Shown here: positions 17,903-27,082 of the stretch, in pieces
How positions within the stretch are numbered: the first letter of the stretch is position 1
Layout of the letters: every line of letters begins with the position of its first letter
From: Acetobacteraceae bacterium
GTDB lineage: Bacteria > Pseudomonadota > Alphaproteobacteria > Acetobacterales > Acetobacteraceae
Reading direction: 5' to 3'
DNA length: 64,000 nt
NCBI GenBank assembly: GCA_965217935.1
Contig: OZ244581.1
Coordinates: 3,257,970-3,321,969 of the forward strand
Made by a program: the position numbers and the translations under genes
The notes under the pieces: model-generated
What the model was told of the DNA's origin: nothing
Databases searched by the model: none
The model's input: only the letters and a program-made list of their open reading frames with translations

Positions 17903-20272
17903 TCAGTCGGTTGCCGGCGTTTGCTCGTGCCGGGCGAGCAGGTCGACGACCTCCGAGGGAGTGATGGGCTGGCTGAACAGGAAGCCTTGGACCTCGGTGC
18001 AGCCCTCCCGGCGGAGCTGTTCGAGCTGCTGCTCCGTTTCCACGCCCTCCGCCGTCGTCGCCATGCCGAGGCTGCGGCCCAGGCTGATGATGGCGCGGAT
18101 GACGGCCACGGATTCGTCCTGCTCGGAGATGTCCTGGATGAACGTCTGATCGACCTTGATCTTGTTGAACGGGAAATTGCGGAGATAGCTCAGCGACGAG
18201 TAGCCGGTTCCGAAATCATCCATGGCCACGCTCACGCCCATGTTTCGCAACGAGCGCAGCGTGTTGAGGGTGTCGCGATGCTTGCTCAGCAGCACCGACT
18301 CGGTGATCTCCAGTTCCAGGCGTTCGGGCGACAAGCCGGACTTGTCGAGGGCGTCCTGGACGGTGGCGATGAGCGACTGGTTCTTGAATTGCGCGGCGGA
18401 CAGGTTGACGGAAACCCGGACCGAACTCGGCCACTGCGCGGCTTCGCGGCATGCGCGCCGCAGCACCCAGGCGCCGAGATCGAGGATCAAGCCTGTCTCT
18501 TCGGCGACGGAAATGAATTCGTTCGGCGCAATCGGGCCGTGAGCCGGGTGATCCCAACGCAGCAGCGCCTCGAAACTGGCGATCGTCCGCTGCTCGATGT
18601 TGAAGACCGGCTGGTAGACGATGGTGAGCGCCCGGTCGTGCATGGCTTGGCGGAGGTCCTGCGCCAGCGCCATGCGGGCCTGCACGCGGGCATCCATGTC
18701 GGCCTCGAAGAAGCGATAGGTTCCGCGCGCTTCGCTCTTGGCGCGATACAGGGCCAGGTCGGCGTTCTTGAGCAGCTTGACCGGCGTGTCGCCGTCCTGC
18801 GGGGCCAGCGCGATGCCGATGCTGGTGCCGGACACGATCGTGTTGCCGTTGTGCCTGATCGGCTCGCGCAAGGCGCGGATGATGCGTTGCGCGGCGTCGT
18901 GCGTGCCAGCCGGCGTGTCGGTGTCGACCAGCAGGACCGCGAACTCGTCGCCGCCGAGCCGGGTCACGGTGTCGACCTCGCGCACGCTGGCCAGAAGCCG
19001 GGCCGCGACCGTCTGCAGCACGAAATCCCCGGCCGGGTGTCCGAACGTGTCGTTGATGTCCTTGAAGTGGTCCACGTCGAGGCACAGCACGGCGCATTCC
19101 TGGCCGCGGCCCAGAAACGCGAGCGCCTGCTCCAGCCGCTCGTGGAACAGGATGCGGTTGGGCAGTCCGGTCAGCGCGTCGTGCCGGGCCATGTGGACGA
19201 TCTGCGCCTCGGCTTTCCGGCGGTCCGTGATGTCCTCGTGCGTGGCGACCCAGCCGCCGCCTGGCATGGGCTGATGGTGGATCGCGATGATCTGGCCATT
19301 GTCCAGCTCGACCACGGAATCCGTGGCGGCATCTTCGTCGCGGACCGCATCGCGCCAACTCAGGTATTCCTGGGGCTGCATCTTTGGTCCTGCCCCGACG
19401 GCGGCGCGGGCGGCCACGATGTCAGCGAGGCTCATGCCGACGCGGATGCTTTCCGGCGCCAGCCCGTATATCTCGCTGAAGCGGCGGTTGGCGACGATCA
19501 GCGTGCGCTCGCCGTCGAAGAAGCATACGCCTTGGGAGATGTTGCTCAGTGCGAGGTTGAAGCGCTCGTTGGTCCGTTGCAGATGCTGCCACACTTCGCC
19601 CCGCTCGATCGCGAGCGCGAAGGGGCCAAGGCAGCAATCAAGCAACTCTTCATCAGACCGCCTGAGGCGCCGTTGCGTGCGGAAATACAGCGAGATGGAC
19701 CCGAGCGGCTTACCGCGTTGGTCGATGATGGGATAGGACGAGACGGATTTGAAGCCCGCTGCAAGCGGGCCTGCCTTGAATCGGGTCCAACGCCGGTCAG
19801 AGGCGATGTCTGCCGCCATGACCGGCGAGGCCGACGCGATTGCCGCGCCGCAGCTTGCGGTTTCGGGGCCGATCAAGGCGCCGTCCAGCGCCTGCAACGC
19901 GCCGTCTGGCATGCTCGGCGCCGCCAGCGGCCGCAGCGTGCCGTCCGGCGCCGCCAGCATGATGGAGCAGACGGCGCGCGGCAGCAGCCACTCGATCGAG
20001 CGGCAGAGGATGCGCGCAATCTGCTCGATGGGCTGGCCGGACGCGGCGCCGCCCAGCACCCCGAGTTGCAAAGCGGTCTGCGCGCGGCGCACGCTGGCGC
20101 TTCTGCGTTTCTGGTGCAAGCTCTTGATCTGGTCGGCAAGGGCCAGTGGCTTGCGGGCGGGGCGGTATCGCATTTGGCGCGATACTGACGAAAGAAGGTT
20201 TACGGAGTATTGCCGGAAAGCGTTTTTTCTAGGCCGTCGCATGGATTGGCCAGCCCGGTATTTGACAAGCAA
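17903..20272 (-). CDS. GAF-PAS-GGDEF-EAL signalling protein (c-di-GMP turnover)
   Basis: 'RLGGDEFAVLL' (GGDEF), 'FEALLRWDHP' plus 'DDFGTGYSSL' (EAL), and an N-terminal GAF-like region. The true start may be an internal Met. Confidence 0.85.
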   Translation of the reverse strand: MLVKYRAGQSMRRPRKNAFRQYSVNLLSSVSRQMRYRPARKPLALADQIKSLHQKRRSASVRRAQTALQLGVLGGAASGQPIEQIARILCRSIEWLLPRAVCSIMLAAPDGTLRPLAAPSMPDGALQALDGALIGPETASCGAAIASASPVMAADIASDRRWTRFKAGPLAAGFKSVSSYPIIDQRGKPLGSISLYFRTQRRLRRSDEELLDCCLGPFALAIERGEVWQHLQRTNERFNLALSNISQGVCFFDGERTLIVANRRFSEIYGLAPESIRVGMSLADIVAARAAVGAGPKMQPQEYLSWRDAVRDEDAATDSVVELDNGQIIAIHHQPMPGGGWVATHEDITDRRKAEAQIVHMARHDALTGLPNRILFHERLEQALAFLGRGQECAVLCLDVDHFKDINDTFGHPAGDFVLQTVAARLLASVREVDTVTRLGGDEFAVLLVDTDTPAGTHDAAQRIIRALREPIRHNGNTIVSGTSIGIALAPQDGDTPVKLLKNADLALYRAKSEARGTYRFFEADMDARVQARMALAQDLRQAMHDRALTIVYQPVFNIEQRTIASFEALLRWDHPAHGPIAPNEFISVAEETGLILDLGAWVLRRACREAAQWPSSVRVSVNLSAAQFKNQSLIATVQDALDKSGLSPERLELEITESVLLSKHRDTLNTLRSLRNMGVSVAMDDFGTGYSSLSYLRNFPFNKIKVDQTFIQDISEQDESVAVIRAIISLGRSLGMATTAEGVETEQQLEQLRREGCTEVQGFLFSQPITPSEVVDLLARHEQTPATD

Positions 20273-20338
20273 CAGACTTCGTTGGGTTCAATTTGAGACT
20301 GTAAGGAATTTGTTGTCGTCTGGACGATGCTGCGGTTT

Positions 20339-21022
20339 CTACGACCCTGGGAACGGGGATACGCCGATAACGCGCGCGTGGCCGCCGAGCATGAGCGCGT
20401 AGGCAGCGAGGCCGGCCGCCGGGCGCCGCCAGCCGATCTCCTGCCAGACCAAGGAATTGCGGCCCGCGATGATGGCCGCGAGCGGGACGATGGACGTGCG
20501 GCCGGCGAACCGGTCCCATGCTTCGGCGCCGAGCGAACGCCGCCGTTTGGCATCGATTGAGACGGTTCCGGCCAAGGCGACGATCGCCAGGGACCCGAAG
20601 AAGACCAGCGATGCCCAGTCCCCGTTGCCGACCAAGTGGACGCCCGCCCACAATGCGACGCCGACCAGGAACGGATGCCGGGTGATGCGGACGATGCCGC
20701 GCGGCGGCTGGCTGGCGAGACCCTCTTGCGAGACCGCGGTCGGGTTCGGCGTCGCGAGCCCGATGACGACCAAGAGGAAGGCTGGCAGCATGAGGACGAT
20801 CGCCACGGGCTTCCACCACTCGAGCGGTCCCCAGGTCGGCACGTAAGGGGCACCGATATATGCCGAGACGAGCCACGCCATCCCGAGCGCCGACGCCAGG
20901 GAAAAGACAATCATGTAGGCGCGCAATCCAGTCAGGCCCACGGCGGCGCCGCGGAGCGCCGTGCCGGACCAGCCGAGGTGGATGGCAATGAAGAACAGGG
21001 CAGCAAGCAGCAGCGGCGTCAT
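20339..21022 (-). CDS. NnrU family membrane protein
   Basis: 227 aa from 'MTPLLLAALFFIAIHL'. 'RITRHPFLVGVALWAGVHLVGNGD' is typical of NnrU. Confidence 0.7.
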   Translation of the reverse strand: MTPLLLAALFFIAIHLGWSGTALRGAAVGLTGLRAYMIVFSLASALGMAWLVSAYIGAPYVPTWGPLEWWKPVAIVLMLPAFLLVVIGLATPNPTAVSQEGLASQPPRGIVRITRHPFLVGVALWAGVHLVGNGDWASLVFFGSLAIVALAGTVSIDAKRRRSLGAEAWDRFAGRTSIVPLAAIIAGRNSLVWQEIGWRRPAAGLAAYALMLGGHARVIGVSPFPGS

Positions 21023-21362
21023 TCGGACCTTATCCTTCCCGATCGGAACGGCGATACAGGTTAGCACGGAGTCCGCGCTGAACAGTGATCGGCAGGGCGT
21101 GGACCAGGCAGCCGAACGATGGCAGGTTGGGTTGCAAGGGCTGCCCAAGGCGTTGGCGCGCAGATGCGCAAGGCCGGCCGCCCGGCTCCTGCAACAGCCA
21201 GGCCAGGCGCGCCACGGCCGGCGCCAGTGCGTTCGGTCTCGGTCCGGACGCCCGCCGGGATCGTTGCGGCCGGGCCGTCGCTGCAAGCGTCTCGTGGCGC
21301 AAACCCGACGGAAAAGGCCCGTCAGATTCGCACTACTAGCCTGATCTGATGGGCCAAATTGC

Positions 21363-21389
21363 CCTGACGCTCGATACTTGAGCGTCAGG
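21363..21389 (-). terminator. possible terminator hairpin downstream of the RidA gene
   Basis: Perfect 10-bp stem cctgacgctc/gagcgtcagg with a 7-nt loop. The trailing tract on the minus strand is only weakly T-rich (gcaatttgg). Confidence 0.3.
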
Positions 21390-21533
21390 TTTGGACCGCA
21401 AGCCCTGTTCGGTGGGCCGATCCAGCCAACGGGCTGACGCACTTGTTCGCGTCAGACCCCTAGGCAGACCGCTCGGGGATGCGGGACCGTTAGGCTTGCA
21501 ACGCGGAGGCGGCGTGCCGGCTGCCAGGAGGCG

Positions 21534-21905
21534 TCATGCTTGCGGCAAGGCGGCGATGCAGTCGATCTCGATCAACATGCCGAGCAACTGGCACGCGACG
21601 GTGGTGCGCGCGGGGGGCTCGTGCGGGAAGGTCTCGCGGTAGATGTCGTTGAACTCGCGGAACCGGGTCACGTCGCTCAAGTAGGCGTTGACCTTGACGA
21701 CATCGGCGGCCCCGGCCCCCCGCAGAATGGCGACCACGTTGGCCAGCGTCTGCCTGACCTGGGCGGCGAAGCCGTCGGGCATCACCCCGGTCGCCGGGTC
21801 CGCCGGGCCTTGGCCGGAGATGAACACGAACCCGTTCGCGACCACCGCGTGGGAGTATTGCCCGGCCGGCTTCGCAGCGCCCTCAACCATCATCGCTTTC
21901 CGCAT
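21534..21905 (-). CDS. RidA family protein
   Basis: 'PAGQYSHAVVANGFVFISGQGP...VKVNAYLSDVTRFREFNDIY...PARTTVACQL'. Confidence 0.85.
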   Translation of the reverse strand: MRKAMMVEGAAKPAGQYSHAVVANGFVFISGQGPADPATGVMPDGFAAQVRQTLANVVAILRGAGAADVVKVNAYLSDVTRFREFNDIYRETFPHEPPARTTVACQLLGMLIEIDCIAALPQA

Positions 21906-21988
21906 GTCGCTCTCCTCGGCGCCTCAGTGCGCCATCGAACGGGAACAGCATAGAGCGGCTGAACGGCGGCGCCAGCCTCGCCAGGCCG

Positions 21989-22705
21989 TCAGCGCAGCGG
22001 GCCGATCAGCCGCTCGTACTCCCTCTCGGCCTGGCCATAGCCATAGACCGCGATCTCTTCCAGCCCCGGACGGTCGATGATCGTCAACATGCTCCGCCTC
22101 GCGCGGATCAGGCCGCGGCTTTCCAGCATCTGCATCGCGAGCGTGACCCCCGTGCGCCGGACGCCGAGCATGGTCGAGAGGAACTCGTGCGTGAGGGCGA
22201 TGTCGTCGGTATCCAGCCGGTCATGCGTCAGCAGCAGCCACCGGGCCAGACGGTCCTCGATGCTGAAACTCCCGTTCGAAAGCGCGGTTTGCGAGACCTG
22301 CAGCAGGAATGCCTGCACGTATCGCAGCAGCAGCGCCGACAAGTCGGGGAAGCGGCCCATCAACTGCCGGAGCTCGTGCGCCGGCAGCCGATGCCCCATC
22401 CCGGCAAGCTGAACGAACGTCCGATGCGGCGAGCGTCCTGCATCGAGCACGATGGCTGTGCTCCCCATCCCTTCGCGTCCAAACAGGCCGATCTCCAGCA
22501 CGCGGCTGACGCTGCTGGCGGTGACGACGGAGGCGAGACCGCTCTCCGGGAAGTAGGCCCATTCATAGAGCGTGTCGGCTTCAAGCAAAATATCGCCTTT
22601 GTTCAGCTCGACGGCCTCAAGTTTCGCCTGCAACGATGCGTAGATTTCGGGCGACACGGACCGTAAAAGACGGTTGGTTATGCCAGACTGTTCTGGAATG
22701 GACAT
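21989..22705 (-). CDS. Crp/Fnr family transcriptional regulator
   Basis: cNMP-binding-like N-terminal half and C-terminal HTH 'THEFLSTMLGVRRTGVTLAMQMLESRGLI'. Start set at 'MSIPEQSG'. Confidence 0.8.
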   Translation of the reverse strand: MSIPEQSGITNRLLRSVSPEIYASLQAKLEAVELNKGDILLEADTLYEWAYFPESGLASVVTASSVSRVLEIGLFGREGMGSTAIVLDAGRSPHRTFVQLAGMGHRLPAHELRQLMGRFPDLSALLLRYVQAFLLQVSQTALSNGSFSIEDRLARWLLLTHDRLDTDDIALTHEFLSTMLGVRRTGVTLAMQMLESRGLIRARRSMLTIIDRPGLEEIAVYGYGQAEREYERLIGPLR

Positions 22706-22779
22706 TGAAATGTCTCCTGCGGCAAAATCGCGGGAGCACCCTCTGTCTCTCTGTCGCCACTTCAATTAAGGGCGATTGC

Positions 22780-22795
22780 TGTTATCTAGATCACT
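22780..22795. promoter_or_regulatory. candidate Crp-type palindrome upstream of the Crp/Fnr gene
   Basis: 'TGTTAtctagaTCACT' matches 8 of 10 positions of TGTGA-N6-TCACA. Located in the AT-richer spacer about 75 nt upstream of the regulator start. Confidence 0.25.
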
Positions 22796-22900
22796 TGTGC
22801 GTCAATTCCAACCCGAATTAAACGATTAAGCTGGGTTTGGCAGTTTTAATTTAGCTTCGCAGTTTCATACGCTGCGAAAAGCCTTCGCGGCCGGCTGAAT

Positions 22901-24163
22901 TCAGGCCCGCCGCGCGCCCCCGTCCATGCCGAGCAGACGCTCGGCCGCGGCCACCCCGCTGAGGTATGCCCCCCCGACCGTGCCCGCGAGCCCATCGGTC
23001 CGCGTCGCCTCCCCGGCGAATACGAGCCGCTGTCCCGGGAACGCCGTCGCCAGCGCGCCTCGCGCATCCGCGTCCCCCGGCCCGGCGAATGCGTAGGACC
23101 CCGCCGAAAGCGGATCGCGTCCCCAATCCGTCACCACCGCGGCAGGGCCGAGCCGCCGGACAGCGTCGCCGCCCAAGGCCCGGCGCAGCTCGTCCCGCGC
23201 CAGCGCCTCCGCGGCGCCCGCGTCCCCGGCCACGCTCCACGCCGCCGATCCGCCCACGAAGCCTGTGACGTAGCGGCGCCCTTGCGGCCAGACGTTGAAC
23301 GTCATCCGGCCGTCGCGGTCCACCAGCAGCGTGCTGTCCTCGATCCCGAGCCGGTCGCCGCCGGGTCTTGCGAACGCGACCTTGCTCAGCAACCCCATCG
23401 GCAACGACTGGATGGCCTGCCGCAGCTCGCCCGGCAGCGGCGGGTCGAACCGGATGCCTCCCGCCGCCAGGACGCCGGTCGAGACCGTGATCACCGCGGC
23501 CCCGGCGGCGAGCGTTCCGCGGCCGGTCTCGACCCGGACCCCGGCCCCATCCCATCGCACCCGCCGCGCCGCGACATTCAGCTCGGCTTGCGTGCCGAGA
23601 TGCTTCGCCACGTAGCCGCCGACGCCCTGGGCGGGCACCACGTTGCTGCCGTCGAGCCGGTTGCGCCGCCAGTCCTGCAAGCCGAGCTGCTCCGCGTCGG
23701 CGGCGGCGATGATCGAGCCTTCCCACAACGCGACCAGCCCCGCCCACGGGTCCTCGCGCATCGGCGCCATGGCCGCGGCAAGGCTCACGTCCGGTCCGGC
23801 GAGGGCAGGGGCCACGACCGGGTCGAGGCGGTCCCACGCGGCCTCGTACGCGGCCAGGTCGTCCGGCCCTGCAAGCCGCCCGCCGAGGGTGACGCGCTCG
23901 CGCCGCGCCACGTCGGAGTTGATCAGGCAGTCATCCCCGGCCGCCAGGTCGACCAGCGGGTTGCGCTCCGCATCGTGCAGCCAGGACGCCCCGTGATCGA
24001 ACGGGTCGCCGCCGACCTGGCCCGTCCAGGCCCGCCCGCCGATCCGCCCGCCTGCTTCGAGCAGCGTCACCGCAACGCCCTCCGCCCGCAGGCGCCTCGT
24101 TGCGGCCAGCCCGGCCACTCCGGCGCCGACGACGACGACGCCCTGTTCGAAGACGGCTTTCAA
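22901..24163 (-). CDS. FAD-dependent amine oxidase family protein
   Basis: Dinucleotide fold 'VVVVGAGVAGLAATRRL...LLEAGGRIGGR'. C-terminal 'LVFAGEATRTDGLAGTVGGAYLSG'. Confidence 0.8.
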   Translation of the reverse strand: MKAVFEQGVVVVGAGVAGLAATRRLRAEGVAVTLLEAGGRIGGRAWTGQVGGDPFDHGASWLHDAERNPLVDLAAGDDCLINSDVARRERVTLGGRLAGPDDLAAYEAAWDRLDPVVAPALAGPDVSLAAAMAPMREDPWAGLVALWEGSIIAAADAEQLGLQDWRRNRLDGSNVVPAQGVGGYVAKHLGTQAELNVAARRVRWDGAGVRVETGRGTLAAGAAVITVSTGVLAAGGIRFDPPLPGELRQAIQSLPMGLLSKVAFARPGGDRLGIEDSTLLVDRDGRMTFNVWPQGRRYVTGFVGGSAAWSVAGDAGAAEALARDELRRALGGDAVRRLGPAAVVTDWGRDPLSAGSYAFAGPGDADARGALATAFPGQRLVFAGEATRTDGLAGTVGGAYLSGVAAAERLLGMDGGARRA

Positions 24164-24253
24164 GCAGGGCCGCGCTTCACCTGCCCGCGCCGAGGTGGAG
24201 GAGCCGCCGCCTGAAACCTGAAACCCACGAGGACCGTCCGATGAGAGATGACA

Positions 24254-24328
24254 TGGTGCCGGGTGAGGGGATCGAACCCCCGGCCTTCGGTTTACAAAAC
24301 CGCTGCACTACCGCTGTGCTAACCCGGC
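24254..24328 (-). tRNA. tRNA-Thr (anticodon UGU), CCA encoded
   Basis: Manual fold of the reverse complement: acceptor GCCGGGT/ACCCGGC, D arm GCAC/GTGC, anticodon loop TTTGTAA, T arm GGGGG-TTCGATC-CCCTC. 75 nt. Confidence 0.9.
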
Positions 24329-24517
24329 CCTATGGTTCCAGCCTCCCCTTTTCCGGGACCGCTTTCAAGTCCCCCCATCGCATCGCGCATCAAATCATGA
24401 CAACGCGTTCATGAAGCAACCGTCATCCCGCCGAAAGTGTTTCAGGGCGCGTCCCGTCTTATGTTGGCATCAAGCGACCGCCCGGAACGGGCCGTCTGAA
24501 ACGAAGGGACCAAGACC

Positions 24518-25978
24518 ATGATGAAACGCACTCCCCGCGCCATCCGCGCCGGCCTCGTCGCCGTCCTGCTCGGCGGCACCGCCTTGGGCGGCCTCGGCAC
24601 GTACGCCGTCACCGCGAACGCCCAGGACTCCGCGTCCGCGAACGGCGGGGCCATACAGCCCACCGGCCCATCGGCCCGCTTGCCGGACTTCTCCCACCTG
24701 GCAGCCCAGGTCAGCCCGGCCGTCGTCTCCGTCACCGTGCGCGAGAAGCCCGAGCAAGGCCCGGCCCAGTTTCGCATGGGCATGATGGGTCCGCACGCCG
24801 GCATGGTCCGCCAGGGCCGCGCGTCGGGCTTCATCATCGACCCGAACGGCACCATCGTCACCAACAACCACGTGGTCAAGGACGCCGACCACGTGGTCGT
24901 CACCATGAATGACGGCGCCGAGTTGCCGGCCAAGGTCGTCGGCGCCGACCCGCGCACCGACTTGGCCGTGATCAAGGTCGATGCCGGCCACCCGCTGCCC
25001 TCGCTCAAGCTCGGCAACTCGAACGACGTCGAACCCGGCCAGTGGGTCGTCGCCGTCGGCAACCCGTTCGGCCTCGGCGGCACCGTCACCGCCGGCATCG
25101 TCTCCGCCCGCGGGCGCGACATCGGCGCCGGGCCGTATGATGCGTTCCTGCAGGTCGACGCCGCCATCAACCAGGGCAACTCCGGCGGACCGCTGTTCAC
25201 GCAAGACGGCAAGGTGGTCGGCGTCAACACCGCGATCCTCTCGCCCTCCGGCGGCAGCGTCGGCATCGGCTTTGCCATCCCGAGCAACCTGGTCAAGGAC
25301 GTCACCGGCCAGCTTATTGCCAGCGGCCACGTCACCCGCGGCTACCTGGGGGTCGAGACCCAGACCGTCACGGCCGAACTCGCCCCGAGCCTCGGCCTGA
25401 GCAACGACGTGAAGGGCGCCCTGGTCGCTGGCGTCTCCCCCGGCAGCCCCGCCCAGAAGGCAGGCCTGCAACCCGGCGACGTGCTGCGCTCCGTTGACGG
25501 CAAGACGGTCGAAAACCCGCACAAGCTCGCCCTGATGGTTGCCGACATCAAGCCCGGCGACACGGCCCAGATCGGCCTCGTCCGCGACGGCCAGGACAAG
25601 ACGCTCGACGTCAAGGTCGGCGCCATCAAGGACCAGCGGCAGGCGTCGAATGCCAACGACAGCTCGGAGCAGGGCCAGCAAGGCCGGATCGGCGTCGCCT
25701 TGGCGCCGTTGTCTCCCGAAATGCGCGACCGGCTCAACCTGCCTGACAACCAGAAGGGCGTCGTCGTCGCCGGCGTGCAACAGGGCTCGCCGGCCGCCGA
25801 GGCAGGCTTGCGCGAAGGCGACGTGATCGTCGGCGTCGGCGCCAAGGCCATCACCGGGCCACGTGATGCGGTCGCGGCGATCCGCGGCGCGACCAAGAAC
25901 GGCAACGACGTGGCGCTTCGCGTCGTGCGCGACGGCCAAGCCCGCTTCATCGCGGTCTCGCCCAACGCGCAAGGGTAG
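24518..25978 (+). CDS. DegP/HtrA (Do) family periplasmic serine protease with two PDZ domains
   Basis: Signal peptide. 'TNNHVV', 'DLAVIKV' and 'GNSGGPLF' form the catalytic triad context. Two PDZ-like segments ('GSPAQKAGLQPGDVL', 'GSPAAEAGLREGDVI'). Confidence 0.9.
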   Translation: MMKRTPRAIRAGLVAVLLGGTALGGLGTYAVTANAQDSASANGGAIQPTGPSARLPDFSHLAAQVSPAVVSVTVREKPEQGPAQFRMGMMGPHAGMVRQGRASGFIIDPNGTIVTNNHVVKDADHVVVTMNDGAELPAKVVGADPRTDLAVIKVDAGHPLPSLKLGNSNDVEPGQWVVAVGNPFGLGGTVTAGIVSARGRDIGAGPYDAFLQVDAAINQGNSGGPLFTQDGKVVGVNTAILSPSGGSVGIGFAIPSNLVKDVTGQLIASGHVTRGYLGVETQTVTAELAPSLGLSNDVKGALVAGVSPGSPAQKAGLQPGDVLRSVDGKTVENPHKLALMVADIKPGDTAQIGLVRDGQDKTLDVKVGAIKDQRQASNANDSSEQGQQGRIGVALAPLSPEMRDRLNLPDNQKGVVVAGVQQGSPAAEAGLREGDVIVGVGAKAITGPRDAVAAIRGATKNGNDVALRVVRDGQARFIAVSPNAQG

Positions 25979-26105
25979 TCAGCCGCTTTTGCCAGGAGCC
26001 TTTTGGGCTGACTGGCATGCGCGCCGGGTTGGCGGGCGGCGGCGCGCGAAAATCGACACTGATAGCGGCCGCTCGATCGGGCGGCTGGCATCAGTCGAAT
26101 AGCTG

Positions 26106-26182
26106 AGGACAGCGTCGGCAGTAAGTGCGGCAGCACGCCGACAAAGCTGCCCGGCAAGACAAAGGCTTAGGGCTCGTTCCCC
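26106..26182. repeat. intergenic repeat, copy B
   Basis: 'aggacagcgtcggcagtaagtgcggcagcacgccgacaaagctgcccggcaaga...ctcgttcccc' aligns with 17788..17867. Confidence 0.5.
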
Positions 26183-26220
26183 CAATCGGCTCTTGCGGTT
26201 ATTTCCGAACGAGCCCTAAG
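26166..26220. repeat. 13-bp inverted repeat (hairpin) overlapping repeat copy B
   Basis: cttagggctcgtt (26166-26178) pairs with aacgagccctaag (26208-26220). Loop of 29 nt. Confidence 0.5.
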
Positions 26221-26271
26221 GAGACGAAGCCGGGGCGGTTCCCGAACGAGCGGGAAGCCGCCCCAACTCCG

Positions 26272-26493
26272 TCAGGCAAGCCCCGGCGTCGGGGCGCTGC
26301 CTGGGCCGATGGCGCGGATGATGGCCGCCATCAGGTGCAAGGCCTCGGCGCCGCCCCTGTCCGCAAGCACGCCATCGGCAAACTCTTGCGCCAAGACGTC
26401 CGCTTGTTCGGCTATTGTCTCGACTGCTTGGCGAAACGCTTGTTGCGCCAAGTAAAGCTGCAGGCTTTCCGGCAGCGCGTTCCATTCGGTCAT
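26272..26493 (-). CDS. small hypothetical protein
   Basis: 73 aa from 'MTEWNALPESLQLYLAQQAF...'. Helical-looking, no recognised family. Region of intermediate GC. Confidence 0.3.
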   Translation of the reverse strand: MTEWNALPESLQLYLAQQAFRQAVETIAEQADVLAQEFADGVLADRGGAEALHLMAAIIRAIGPGSAPTPGLA

Positions 26494-27082
26494 CGATACG
26501 GGTGTCCGTCGAGCCGTTCTGGCGTTTCGTGGCGCCGCTGCAAAACTTACGCGGTCAACCGGTAGGGTGCGCCTCAATCACTAAAACTTCCTTACCAAAA
26601 CTGGATAAGCAGGCCGCTTTCATCCAAAGCGACCTGCTGAACCATCTGGCCGACGGCGAAGCAGCGCTGTTCGGCGATGCGGCGCGCCCCCTCATTCAGT
26701 GCGGCCGGCCGGTTGCCGGACGCCGAAAGGCAGCCCCGTAGCCGTCGCCCAGACCAGCGGACGCCAGCGCCTCGACGGTCAGGCGCGATCGGTCTGGGGA
26801 CCGGGCAGACGCGGATGCTGCAAGCCCTGACAGTGAATGCGGCCAGCACGATCGTGCCGCCGGACCCAGCGCGACAGCAACGCGCGAGGGATGCCGACCT
26901 CGGCCGCGGCCGACGTCGCCATCCGGCCCGTGCTGACCACAAGGTCAAGCAACGGAGGCTCAGTGGCGAAAGCTCGGGCTTTACGCACGATCCGGCCTGG
27001 GCGGCCTGGTTGTCGGGCTGCCTGCCTGACGGTGGGCGGCGGCAAACGATACGGGCCGCTCGCCGGGTCGCGGCGTGTTCCC

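Noticed and set aside
21023-21533. Search for an FNR/NnrR box (TTGAT-N4-ATCAA or TTGCG-N4-CGCAA) upstream of the NnrU gene
   Set aside because: Only a mis-spaced 'ttggcgcgcagatgcgcaa' was found. No site with correct spacing is present.
24164-24517. tRNA-Thr flanks examined for an integrated element (att repeats, integrase)
   Set aside because: No integrase, no tRNA 3'-end duplicate and no composition shift were found. The tRNA sits between ordinary core genes.
26592-27082. ORFs between the small hypothetical gene and the CoxL-like gene. One is an 88-aa minus-strand ORF (26779-27045) with an HTH-like 'ATSAAAEVGIPRALLSRWVRR', considered as a transposase OrfA, an antitoxin or a regulator
   Set aside because: It is a single short HTH-like stretch in an Arg-rich ORF with no partner gene, terminal repeats or further motifs. 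That is insufficient evidence to call it.
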